From Eledone cirrhosa (Eukaryota), in assembly GCA_964016885.1 (NCBI GenBank), contig OZ024743.1, forward strand, positions 68,448,001 to 68,512,000: a stretch of DNA of 64,000 nucleotides, given 5' to 3'. The notes beneath the pieces were generated by a model. The model saw only the letters and a program-made list of their open reading frames with translations, was not told the origin of the DNA and did not search any database. The translations under genes were made by a program, and so were the position numbers. Positions 13,601 through 26,049 of this stretch are shown piece after piece; the first letter of the stretch is position 1; every line of letters starts with the position of its first letter.

Positions 13601-16600
13601 AATAGGGAACATGCTCTGAACACGGATCAAAGGCAACTCTATTGCGATTTCCCTTCGCACAATACGTGGGATAAGAAGGGAAAGAAATGGAATGATAGAA
13701 AACAAAAGTTTAGATTCATTACTATTGGACGGGTTTGTAATGTCCATCCAGCATCTGGTGATGTGTTTTATCTCCGAATTCTGTTGCATAATGATTTTTC
13801 GAGAGGTAAACAGAGCTTCGCTGAAACAGTCAATGGCGCGGAATATGAAACATACCAGGCTGTGTGTCAGCATCTGGGACTCCTTCAGGATGACGCTGAA
13901 TGGAATAACGCCATGGAAGCTGGAGGAACAACACAGATGCCAGGTAAAATAAGATAGTTGATTGTCACGAATCTAGGATTCTGCAATCCTGCCTATCCAA
14001 GAGAGTTATTTGAACGCCATTGTGGAATTATGGCTGATGATTTTAGGCATCATCTTCAGGTCGATGATGAAAATTTGATGAAAGCTATTGTTTTGCTTAA
14101 TATTGAGCAACTGCTTGAAGTTCATTTCAAATGTTTAACGGATTTCAATTTGCCAATTCCTGATGAAGAAATGCGGCAACGTGTCTTAGCATTGAACATG
14201 AGATTGCAGCTTAGACGGTTGCCACTCGATCGGAGGGAACTATTCCAGTTTGATCCACTGGAACAGCAACGTATTGTGGATGAACGTATGCCAATGTTAA
14301 CCCAATCTCAGAGAGAATTGGTCGATGGTGTTCTCTACTGTATTTCCACTAATGAGCAACTTTGTGCTTTCATAGATGCTCCAGGAGGCACCGGAAAGAC
14401 ATTCTGTTTCAACACTATGTTATCGGTAGTCAGAGCTCAGAGGAAGATTGCTCTCACTGTGGCCCCCAGTGGGATCGCTTCCACTCATCCTTCAAGGCTC
14501 CATTGGCTCCGGATGATTTGAGTGTCTGTAACAGTACATGACAAAGTGAAATCGCGGGCCTTATACGCAATACGTCTCTGATTATTTGGGACGAGGCTCC
14601 AATAGCACACAGATATTTGCTGGAGGCATTGGACAGAACTTTGAGAGATATCTGCGGTAGTGACCCGCCATTCGGTGGTAAGACTATCGTTCTTGGTGGC
14701 GATTTCAGACAGGTGCTACCAATTGTTAGGAATGCTCAAAGAGCGCAAATTGTCGATGCATGTCTGAAAAAGTCCCCGTTGTGGCGCCATTTCAGAGTTT
14801 TGCGATTACACGATAATATGCGACTTCGTATGTTCGGGCAAAACGAAGAGGCTGAGACATACGGCCGAAGGTTGATGGAGTTGGGAAATGATGAATTGCC
14901 ACACGTTGGTGATAATCAGACTCTAAGTATCCCAGACCATTTGGTCATGCCACTGGACCGCCAAGAATTGATTGACTGGGTGTTCCCTAATTTAAATGCT
15001 TTTTTGCAGAATATCTCCTGGATATCGGAACGCGTTATTCCAACTCATACGAATGCAACGGTCGATGAAATAAATTCACAAGTAGCCGGAATGTTTCCTG
15101 GAGAGGAATGGTTGACCAACAGTGCGGATGCAATGGAGCCTAATCGGCATAACAATATGGATGTTCCGACCGAGTATCTGAATTCACTTCAAATACCCGG
15201 ATTCCCCCCATATATTTTGAGGTTGAAAAAGGGTTTGCCGATTATATTGCTTAGAAATATCAATCATAAAATGGGTATTTGCAATGGTACCAGATTGATT
15301 AACAGAAGGTTTTAGAAGCTAAACTCACAGTCAGAGAGGACTCGGTTCTCATTCCGAGGATCATGCTGAGACCAAGTGAAGATCTGCTGCCATTCATTTG
15401 GCAAAGGAGAGAGTTTCCCGTCAATTTGGCCTTCTCCATGACAGTCAACAAGGCACACGGACAGACTTTCAAGCGAGTCGGTGTCTACTTGAATGATCCA
15501 GCATTCAGCCATGGGCAACTGTATGTTGCTGCATCTCGAGTGTACGATCCTGATGGTGTAAAATTTGCATTTGATACCACTAACAGAGGAACAAGCCTGA
15601 ATATTGTCTATAATGAAACTTTGAGCTGATGTATGTATATCTTTAATGCTAGCAATAAGCGACGTAAATGATTCGGACATTGGTGTCCTTTGATCAGTGT
15701 TGTGAGCTTTGACAGAGTTATCATGTATGTTCAATGTCATTTGATGTCGTTATGAGCAATAAAAACAAACAAGTATTGGTAAAAATTGCTTTCACTGCTA
15801 TGTTGCGAAATAAATACCAACAAATATCCGTAGAAATTGTCTACACTGCTATGAATATTCGACGTAAATGATTCAGACATTGTTGTCCTTTAATCAGTAT
15901 TTTGAGCTTTGACAGAGTTATCATTTCTGTTCAATGTCATTTATTGTCGATAATGAGCAATAAAAACCAACAAGTATTGGTAGAAATTGCCTTCAAATTT
16001 ATCGCTTCTGATAGCGGTGGTAATAAAACCTCATCATATGCTGAGTCTGGCAAAAACTTTGGTGCCTATGGCCGGCCAGGGCTAGAGTAATATTGAAAAA
16101 CGATTCTATTTTCGAAGTAGAAGGATCCGCCATTTGGAGTTAAAACCAGGCCACCTCCCCGAGTTGAACTCTGGGCAATATTGACTGTCTATTACTCAGT
16201 GGCTAAGAGCCTGGAAATTACTGAATAAATGTTTGTGTCATATAATTTGTTGTTATATTATTATAGCTTGCCACTTATAGATAAGCATGTTATCCATATC
16301 CATATTAATTTGGCATTTGTATAAACCATTTCAAGTAAATAGGGACCTTTTTTACATTGACGGATATCTTTTATATTAATTATCTATATCTATATCTACA
16401 TAAAATATAAAAGATTGGAACATCCATCATCCCTTTGAGAAACGTGGAACAACCACCTCTATGCAATGATACACGTTTTACAGTCTTCAGAAGATGAACC
16501 TAGAATTGTTCATATACTATGCACAAACGGTACAACTAAGAATCTGGTATATCTGGAAGATTTGTTTTACTGTTTTTTTGTATCACACAGACACCACGGA

Positions 16601-16706
16601 CTCGCCTCATACTGTAAGCAGACACACATCCAATACAGTCCTTTTCTCTTTTACCTGTCTTCTCTTATCATCTGTTTACCCGGGCGAAGCTGGGTACGTC
16701 AGCTAG
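10659..16706 (+). mobile_element. Helitron carrying a decayed RepHel gene
   Basis: 5' A|TC at 10659. 3' hairpin tacccgg-gcgaag-ctgggta followed by CTAG ending at 16706. Internal RepHel coding region. Confidence 0.9.
11194..15629 (+). pseudogene. Helitron Rep (HUH endonuclease)/PIF1-like helicase, frameshifted
   Basis: Rep motifs GKPGLFITVTYNPEW, YVIQFQERGLPHAHLL, KYLFKYFYKG. Helicase motifs DAPGGTGKT, IIWDEAP, GGDFRQVLP, FSMTVNKAHGQT, FSHGQLYVAASRV. N-terminal 23-aa charged repeats (MNEEEL..QRQRN). Confidence 0.93.
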
Positions 16707-17585
16707 TCTATATATTAATTTCAACAACGTCAGTATTCCGTGTATCATAATTCTCGATTATCATTGGTTCATGGGTTTCAAACGATTCCGCCCACCTCAA
16801 CGATGCCAAACTTAAATTAATATGTATAATGCCAATGAGGGAGTGAGAGGGAAGAGAGAGGCAAAGTGAACACTATGTATATGTGTCAGTGTAGAGACAT
16901 GTGTGTGTGATGTGTGTGGAAATAAGAGGGGAAGGAAAGCAATAACTATTAACATGTGTACGTGTGTATGTACGTGCGCGTAGGTTTATGTGTGTGTGCG
17001 GCGGGCGTGCAGCGTTCCACAGAAAGTAAAAACTATCAACATGTGTGAGTGTGTGTGTGTGTAAGTTTGCGTGCGTGCGCGCGATTCCATGCGTGTATGT
17101 GTGTGGCGTTCCACAATAGCCACGCTGTTTATCTGTCTGTGTGCCTGTCTGTCAGTCTAACATACACAGAGTTGTGAAGGGAGTAAATAGTGACCTTTTT
17201 TTTTACATTGACGGACATCTTTTATATTAATTATCTATATCTATATCTATATATAATATAAAAGATTGGAACTTCCATCATCCTTTTGAGAAACGTGGAA
17301 CAACCACGTCTATGCAATGATACACGCTTTACAGTCAGGCAGAAGATGAACCATCTCCTAGAGGTCATCTAGGTGGGAGCACCAAGAATTGTTCATATAC
17401 TATGCACAAACGGTTCAAACGAAGAATCTGGTTTTTCTGGAAGGTTTTTTTACTGTTTTCTGTATCACACAGACACCACGGACTCGCCTCATACTGTAAT
17501 CAGACACACATCCAATACAGTCATTTTCTCTTTTACCTGTCTTCTCTTATCTGTTTACCCAGGCTAAGCTGGGTACGTCAGCTAG
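16707..17585 (+). mobile_element. Non-autonomous Helitron copy in head-to-tail tandem
   Basis: Begins TCtatatattaattt (matches 10659) and ends taccc-aggctaagct-gggtacgtcagCTAG|T. Colinear with both ends of the larger element and lacks the coding region. Confidence 0.9.
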
Positions 17586-17991
17586 TCATATGTATATAAA
17601 GCAGAGAAAATGCATTCAGTACAAATATCAACAACTTCTAAAGTATGCAAATAAACCAGACATAACATATAAACAATAAACCATAAACCAGATATGAATA
17701 TAACATATATAAGATATAGATACAAATATGTAAATAAAGCAGACAATTAACATATGCAAAGCAATACAACTAACATCGTATGAACGAGACATTCGACGTC
17801 ATATATACATACATATATATATGTGTGTATATATATATATAGATAGACAAATTTATGTACAAAACTATTTCAATATATTTACAATTCATAAATATGTAAA
17901 TAAAATATAACATAACTATATAAACAGTTTCTACAGGTGAAATGAAGAATGTACAATGTATATACATATATATAAATGTTTGTGTGTAAGA

Positions 17992-18043
<52 letters not shown>

Positions 18044-18679
18044 AAGATCACTGATGAAGGACAAACTTTTTTCAAATGTAACCCATTTGCAACTCCGCAG
18101 CGCCCTTATTATCATATTTACACATATTTTTTCCTCTGCTGCTACCCGTCTGTTTCGTTCTATGTATCTTTACCCTTTATAGCAGTCTCTCTCTCTGTTA
18201 GCCTCTTCCTCACCCTTCACTCATTCATTCTCTGTCACTACCTCTCCTCCTCCTCTTTCTTCCCGTTTGACCTGTGTGTAATTCTTTTCTCCCGCTGGCC
18301 AAGCTGGTATGAATTTTTTCTCTCTCTCGTCTACGATTTCACAGAACTTATGTTTACCGAATTCGCAGACCAAACCCCTTCTTCCTCCCGTTAGACCTGT
18401 GCGAAATTCCTTCCTTGCTCACATTTCAACCAGGTTTGATGGTCTTTATTCCCTCGTTCACGATTTCGCCGAATTTAAATTCATAGAAATCTGGGACTTG
18501 TCTCTTTCTTCCTCACCTACTGTTGCTTCACCATTTTCTTTGTCTACCCTCGCGTCCCATTTATTTACGTGTCCCAACGACTTTTTTTAGCCGTTGCTCG
18601 TACCAGCCGGAGGTATATGGTCTTTAAAGCGATGAAATGCCTATGATGGTTGGAAGATCAATGATGAAGGACAAACTGT

Positions 18680-18764
<85 letters not shown>

Positions 18765-19046
18765 TGTGGGTGTGGGTGTGTGTATGTGTGTGAGTGTTTG
18801 TGTATATATATGTGTGTGTGTGTATATATATATCTGTGCTATGTGTGTATATTTGTGTGTGTTTGTGTAAATATATATGTGGGTGTGTATATATATGTGT
18901 GCGTGTGTGTATGTGTGTGCGTGTGTGTAAGTATATCCGTACGTATGACAAAGGAAATAGAAAAACCTTGTTTAATCAGGAAGTGGGCAGAACTACCCAA
19001 GCTTTCAAGGCCCAAATTTGACGATACTTCCAGAAAACTAGAGGAC

Positions 19047-19087
19047 CGATGTACTAGTTTCAAGCTTATTAGCTATCGTCAGCATCG
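19047..19087 (-). ncRNA. Minimal type I hammerhead ribozyme (family B), intact core
   Basis: Reverse complement: cgatg CTGACGA t agct aata agct t GAAA ctag TA catcg. Confidence 0.88.
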
Positions 19088-19667
19088 TATATCTTTTTGC
19101 CAGATGGTTGAACGTCTGAAAGTATATACTTTCCCTATGCATATTAACGGCTGAGCAGCCTAATTTGTATATCGAGTGAGTGCAGTCGGCCGGGCATACC
19201 GAAAACGATAAATGGAATATAATGAAACGAAATTCTATTCACTTCATATGACGATAACTAGTACATCGTTCCTGTGTCAGTGTTGAACAAAAAGGTGACG
19301 TGGTTGCCTAAACACTGTACGGCGTAATTCGGGCTGTTTATTTGTTTACAAACAAACAAACCGATCATTATAATAAATGTTCGGTAAACCGATACGTGCA
19401 TATATATATGTGTGCATGTATGTATATATATACATACTACTGTACGTATGTATACATATATGTATGTACATACATACATATTTACATTTAAGTAAGTGAC
19501 GAACTAAGAGTGAGAAATGAAATTTCGTTTCATTCTATTCCATTTATCGTTTTCGGTGTGCCCGGCCGACTGGACTCACTCGATATGCAAATTAGGCTGC
19601 TCAGCCGTTAATATGCATAAGGAAAGTATATACTTTCAGACGTTCAATTATCTGGCAGAAAGGTTTA

Positions 19668-19708
19668 CGATGCTGGCGATAGCTAATAAGCTTGAAACTA
19701 GTACATCG
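19668..19708 (+). ncRNA. Hammerhead (family B), core mutated (CTGGCGA)
   Basis: cgatg CTGGCGA tagctaataagctt GAAA ctag TA catcg. Confidence 0.75.
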
Positions 19709-20016
19709 TTCCTGAGTCAGTGTTGTACAAAAAGGTGACGTTGTTGCCCAAACACTGTACGGCGTAATTCGGGCTGTTTTTTTGTTTACATACAAACCGA
19801 TCATTATAATAAATGTTCGGTAAACCGATACGTGCATATATATATATATATATATATATGTGTGCATGTATGTATATATATACATACTACTGTACGTCTG
19901 TATACATATATGTATGTACGTATACATACATACTTATATATATATATATATATATATATATAAGTATGTATAACCGGCATACCGCCTATGGAAGCATACA
20001 AGCAACTTACCACAAC

Positions 20017-20098
<82 letters not shown>

Positions 20099-20239
20099 CA
20101 GAGAGAGACAGAAAGAAAGAGAGAGGGGAGAGAGAGAGAAAATCTTCTACAGGACTAGAACTGTTGCATTGGGGAGAAATCATTATGTATTGAATACCTT
20201 ACCTACTCTGGTTACCCCCGATTGAACCCGGGATAAACT

Positions 20240-20280
<41 letters not shown>

Positions 20281-20525
20281 TTGCGGTACGCTTTGATGCA
20301 ATTCTGTTGAAGGGAACGGCTGGTGGCTTGAAAAACATTATTGTCCGTGCCCTTGTCACATTGATTTGGATTGCCTCAAGGACATACCTTTATTATATAA
20401 CGGAGCTATCTGATGAGATCACGGCACTAGTTACGCGGAATCGTGTGGCCACTCTCGTCCTTCAAATATGTATCACAACCTTATCAATAAAGTTATTCAA
20501 CATCTACAACTACAACGCATGTTCT

Positions 20526-20573
<48 letters not shown>

Positions 20574-20737
20574 TGTGTGTGTGTATGTGTGTGTGTGTAT
20601 GTGTGTATGTGTGTGTATGTGTGTGCGTGTGTGTGTGTATGTGTGTGTGTGTATGTATATCCCTGGTTCAATCGGGGGTAAACACAGCAAGAAAGTTACT
20701 CAATACAGAGCACAGTATAAATATTTAATATAGAAAA

Positions 20738-20788
20738 GGCTTCTACATCACTAAAACTGTTTCATTCGAAGGAAATCATCAGGAAACC
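20738..20788 (-). ncRNA. Type I hammerhead ribozyme (family C)
   Basis: Reverse complement: ggtttc CTGATGA t ttc cttc gaa t GAAA cag ttttagtg atg TA gaagcc. Confidence 0.75.
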
Positions 20789-21204
20789 CGACATTCAATG
20801 TGTTATTGTGGTATTTCTATGTTTTCTGGTGGTAGGGGAAGGTGTTGACTGGGATTGGTGGAGGTCAATGACTGATGGATTTAAAGAATAGTGATTATTT
20901 GAAAGAACTATACTTAGAGAAAAAATGCATAGTGATACAGAATGATACAAACGAAGTTACTATTAATTTTGAAGGTTCAATTATGCTAAGAAGACAAAAG
21001 GTCTCACTTTAAGGGGCTGTGTTAACATGTTGTGTTGAAGTCTACAAAATGGTCAGGCCTTTACAATCACACACTCACAAACACATACACACACGCACCC
21101 CCTCCCCTCCAGACAAATCTATATATACATACATATATATGGATATATATGTATGAGTGTGTTTGTGTGTGTGTGTGTGATTGTGCATATATATATGTAT
21201 TATG

Positions 21205-21240
<36 letters not shown>

Positions 21241-21244
<4 letters not shown>

Positions 21245-23170
21245 GAATAATCGAGTATCGAAAAATCGGCGCACGAGTTCACGATAAACAAAATTCGATA
21301 TGAGCGGCAGAGGGCTCAATCATTTAGATAAATCAGAGCTATAACTATCGTTAAAATACCGTCACACATAGAACAAGTCTATAATCAACCATACAACCGA
21401 AAAATTACGATCTGGAAGATTCGGGACACTCAGATAAAAAATCAATAAATCAATAAATCAAATGAATGTAAAAAGCATACCCGGACCCGCTGGAAAGATG
21501 GTAAATCTAGCTTCTTGGGTTTCTGTAAATCCTTAAACTGTCCTCTATCAGCTCACATAAAAATATATAAGACTTCTAGGTGCCAGCGGACGGGAGTTTA
21601 CTTCCTCAACGAGCTTTGTCCAAACGAATGAAAAGGCATAACCCAGGCTAAATACGCACATGGAATTCAGCAAGGAAGATAACCTCTATATCCGCGAAAA
21701 ATATTCGGGAAAATGTGGAAATACACATATCGAATAAGAGTGCTCAATAGGCATGTTAAAATAAACAGGAGCTATTCATCATTTAATAGAATCGACAAAA
21801 AATGAACAATAAAATTAACTGGTCAATAGCTAGGTCTAGAGCTAAATATAGTAGAATAATCGAGTATCGAAAAATCGGCGCACGAGTTCACGATAAACAA
21901 AATTCGATATGAGCGGCAGAGGGCTCAATCATTTAGATAAATCAGAGCTATAACTATCGGTAAAATACCGTCACACATAGAACAAGTCTATAATCAACCA
22001 TACAACCGAAAAATTGCGATCTGGAAGATTCGGGACACTCAGATAAAAAATCAATAAATCAATAAATAAAATGAATGTAAAAAGCATACCCGGACCCGCT
22101 AGAAAGATGGTAAATCTAGCTTCTTGGGTTTCTGTAAATCCTTAAACTGTCCTCTATCAGCTCACATAAAAATATATAAGACTTCTAGGAGCCAGCGGAC
22201 GGGAGTTTACTTCCTCAACGAGCTTTGTCCAAACGAATGAAGAGGCATAACCCAGGCTAAATACGCACATGGAATTCAGCAAGGGAGATAACCTCTATAT
22301 CCGCGAAAAATATTCGGGAAAATGTGGAAATACACATATCGAATAAGAGTGCTCAATAGACGTGTTAAAATAAACAGGAGCTATTCATCATTTAATAGAA
22401 TCGACAAAAAATGAACAATAAAATTAACTGGTCAATAGCTAGGTCTAGAGCTAAATATAGTAGAATAATCGAGTATCGAAAAATCGGCGCACGAGTTCAC
22501 GATAAACAAAATTCGATATGAGCGGCAGAGGGCTCAATCATTTAGATAAATCAGAGCTATAACTGTCGTTAAAATACCGTCACACATAGAACAAGTCTAT
22601 AATCAACCATACAACGGAAAAATTGCGATGTGGAAGATTCGGGACACTCAGATAAAAAATCAATAAATCAATAAATCAAATGAATGTAAAAAGCATACCC
22701 GGACCCGCTAGAAAGATGGTAAATCTAGCTTCTTGGGTTTCTGTAAATCCTTAAACTGTCCTCTATCAGCTCACATAAAAATATATAAGACTTCTAGGTG
22801 CCAGCGGACGGGAGTTTACTTCCTCAACGAGATTTGTCCAAACGAATGAAAAGGCATAACCCAGGCTAAATACGCACATGGAATTTAGCAAGGGAGATAA
22901 CCTCTATATCCGCGAAAAATATTCGGGAAAATGTGGAAATACACATATCGAATAAGAGTGCTCAATAGACATGTTAAAATAAACAGGAGCTATTCATCAT
23001 TTAATAGAATCGACAAAAAATGAACAATAAAATTAACTGGTCAATAGCTAGGTCTAGAGCTAAATATAGTAGAATAATCGAGTATCGAAAAATCGGCGCA
23101 CGAGTTCACGATAAACAAAATTCGATATGAGCGGCAGAGGGCTCAATAATTTAGATAAATCAGAGCTATA
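21241..23170. repeat. 609-bp tandem array: 3 near-identical units plus a ~100-bp partial unit, inside (TA)n
   Basis: agtagaataatcgagtatcg starts at 21241, 21850, 22459 and 23068. Few substitutions between units. Confidence 0.97.
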
Positions 23171-23219
23171 TATATATATATATAAATGTATATATGTATA
23201 TATATATACGTATGTATAT

Positions 23220-23403
23220 AATTGTTTCTACTTTTGGCGGAAGGCCAGCAATTACCCTGTGCATTACTGGCACTTTATTTTATCGACCCCGTAAGGATGA
23301 ATTGCAAAGTTAACCTCGGCGGGATTTTATCTCAGATTAGCAAGGGTCGTAACTCTATGCGTCAAAGCATAGCGTTCGACCCTCTACCGATACTGCCAAT
23401 CCA
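23220..23403 (-). mobile_element. Meta-domain-like SINE
   Basis: Same consensus as 10003-10192. Confidence 0.8.
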
Positions 23404-23410
23404 CGTATGT

Positions 23411-23758
23411 ATATAATATTATTCAAAATATTAACAAATGAAAAATATTCTCATAATCAAAATATATACTTTTTTACATATATTCCAAAGGTACTGTGTT
23501 GTTTTTTCAGTACGTCCTCATCAGACAAAATATATGATTTGATATGACATACCACTACGGTCTTGATTATTCAATTCCAGTATCTGCCAATAATGGAATT
23601 GAATAATCAAGACCGTAGCGGTATGTCATATATCAAATCATATATTTTGTCTGATGAGGACGTACTGAAAAAACAACACAGTACCTTGAAATATATATAA
23701 TAAAGTATATATTTTGATTATGAGAATATGTTTCATTTGTTAATATTTAGAATAATAT
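23411..23758. repeat. Fold-back palindrome (~165-bp arms, 14-nt loop) with an HHR in each arm
   Basis: 23411-23579 is the reverse complement of 23594-23758. Confidence 0.92.
23641..23709 (+). ncRNA. Type I hammerhead ribozyme (family D), intact core
   Basis: tatattttgt CTGATGA ggac gtactg..cagtac ctt GAAA tatata TA ataaagtata. Stem I is 10 bp including G-U pairs. The minus-strand twin at 23464-23534 has GGAA in place of GAAA. Confidence 0.82.
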
Positions 23759-23861
23759 AAAAAAATCCAGGAAAACTGAATTGTTGAGTGCTTCTAATCT
23801 ATTGTAAAATGGTATTCATTGAGTAATCAACGATCTATACTAATCTTTGGTCATATGTATG

Positions 23862-23894
<33 letters not shown>

Positions 23895-24216
23895 GTATGT
23901 ATATATATACATATGTGTATGTACTATAAAGTACATACAAGTAAATCATATGATAATATATATACAGCATTTCCTCTCCCAATCAGCATAATCATCTACA
24001 CAAAAAAACAATTAAACCTGGCTATAAGATTAAAAGCCACCCATGAAGAAATAATAGATAAATAAACGACAGCCATCTATTCGCGATCAACAGCTATATA
24101 ATATTTACCCAGCATTTCAATAGCACGTGGAAATCGATTAAATATATCGTCAACCATACACAATTATGTATAAAATAAAAGTTAGTAAAAAACGTGTATA
24201 AACATACCAGGAGTAG

Positions 24217-24298
24217 GTTTCTACCCCTTGAGGTTTCATTTACTTCTGGAAATATCCGATCAAGGATAAAAGCACAAGCTTAGAAATCATCAGGAAAC
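24217..24298 (-). ncRNA. Type I hammerhead ribozyme (family E)
   Basis: Reverse complement: gtttc CTGATGA tttct..(long insert)..agaagtaaat GAAA cctcaagggg TA gaaac. Confidence 0.72.
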
Positions 24299-24399
24299 AA
24301 ACTCACTTGGACGAAGATTTTTCTTAAATGATACCCGCCAAAAACGCATTCAAAATGGGTAAGAACCGTGACGTGGCAGTATATGTATATATATATATG

Positions 24400-24589
<190 letters not shown>

Positions 24590-24747
24590 ATAGACTGAGT
24601 GCTCTACCACTACGGATATTAACTTCCAGTGTTCTACCACTATATATATATATATTTTTTTTTTTTTTCATAAAACATGTCTATAGAATCACCAGATAAA
24701 ATATATACCATTTCCTCTCCCAATTAGCATAATTAACTATATAAAAT

Positions 24748-24799
<52 letters not shown>

Positions 24800-24808
<9 letters not shown>

Positions 24809-25235
24809 AGAAATTAAAAGATGGTTAAAAAAAGTTCCATATATTTTATTATGCGCATTTAGAAAACAATATGATCCTGGGACAAAAATTATGTTCTCAT
24901 CAGATAAAATAAGGTAACAAGATATGAAGCATAAAACATTTGCGAACACAAGAGTGTCCAGTCTACATAGGGATTCTTTATGTAGATGGACACTTTCTTG
25001 TTCACAAGTGTTTTTAGGACTCATATCATGTTACATTATCTTATCTGATGAGAACACAATTTTTGTCACAGGATGATGTTGTTTTCGAAATGCGCATAAT
25101 AAAATATATGGAACTTTTTAACCATCTTTTAATTTCTTCTTTAATATATACTCCAGTTGTACCAACTGTTGAGTGCTACTTATCTGGTATATGCATAGTT
25201 TTATTCTTCTACAATATTACTCACCTCCTACATAT
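24800..25235. mobile_element. Non-coding fold-back derivative of the family-A PLE terminal repeat
   Basis: 24800-24968 is the reverse complement of 24976-25145 and is homologous to 7700-7845. 25145-25235 is homologous to the reverse complement of 4285-4370. Confidence 0.88.
25037..25106 (+). ncRNA. Type I hammerhead ribozyme (family A), intact core
   Basis: tatcttat CTGATGA gaacacaat..gttgttttc GAAA tgcgca TA ataaaata. The twin at 24842-24911(-) has TAAA in place of GAAA. Confidence 0.82.
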
Positions 25236-25459
25236 ATATGTGAGTGTGTGTGTTTGTGTGTGTGTGTGTGTGTATGTGTGTGTGTGTATGTGTGTGTGTG
25301 TGTGTGTATACATGTTACACAACCAGTATATAAAGAGCATAAAACAAAATATTATGTAACTTATCAATACAGCTTTAATGACGTTCTTACTAGTTTCACA
25401 TGATTTGATATATGTTAATATTATCCCCAACTGATAGTTGAGTTATAGTATTAATGGTA

Positions 25460-25960
25460 GTTGATAGTGGTGGGGTGGTGGGGGTGGTTGTGGTGGTGCT
25501 AGTGGTGGTGGTGGTGGGTACTTGGGCTTGTGGTTTTGCTGGTAGTGGTGATGGGGAAAGTGATGGTTATCGTGATGGTGGTGGTGGTTGTGGTGTTGTT
25601 GGTAGTGGTGATGGGGAAAGTGATGGTTATCGTGGTGGTGGTGGTGGTGGTGGTAGTGGTGATGGTGAAAGTGATGGTTATCGTGGTGGTGGTGGTGGTG
25701 GTGGTAGTGGTGATGGTGAAAGTGGTGGTTATCGTGGTGGTGGTGGTGGTGGTGTTGTTGGTGGTGGTTTTGTTGATAGGGGTGATAGTAGTGGTAGATG
25801 TGATAGTGGTGGTAGTGATGGTGGTGGTGGTTGTGGAGGTGGCTGTGGTTTTGTTGGTAGGGGTGATAGAGGAAGTGGAGGTGTTCGTGATGATGCTATT
25901 GATATTATAGATAATTGGGCATACTGGTTGTGATGGTGTTACGGTTGTTGTTGTTGCTGT

Positions 25961-26049
<89 letters not shown>

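Noticed and set aside
14158-14180. CTGATGAAGAAA in the Helitron
   Set aside because: Coding sequence (PDEE) with no stems.
20405-20460. CTGATGA followed by GGAA
   Set aside because: No convincing stem I or stem III pairing.
21241-21849. 609-bp unit as a 203-codon coding repeat
   Set aside because: Early stops in all plus-strand frames, and no ORF in the track on either strand.
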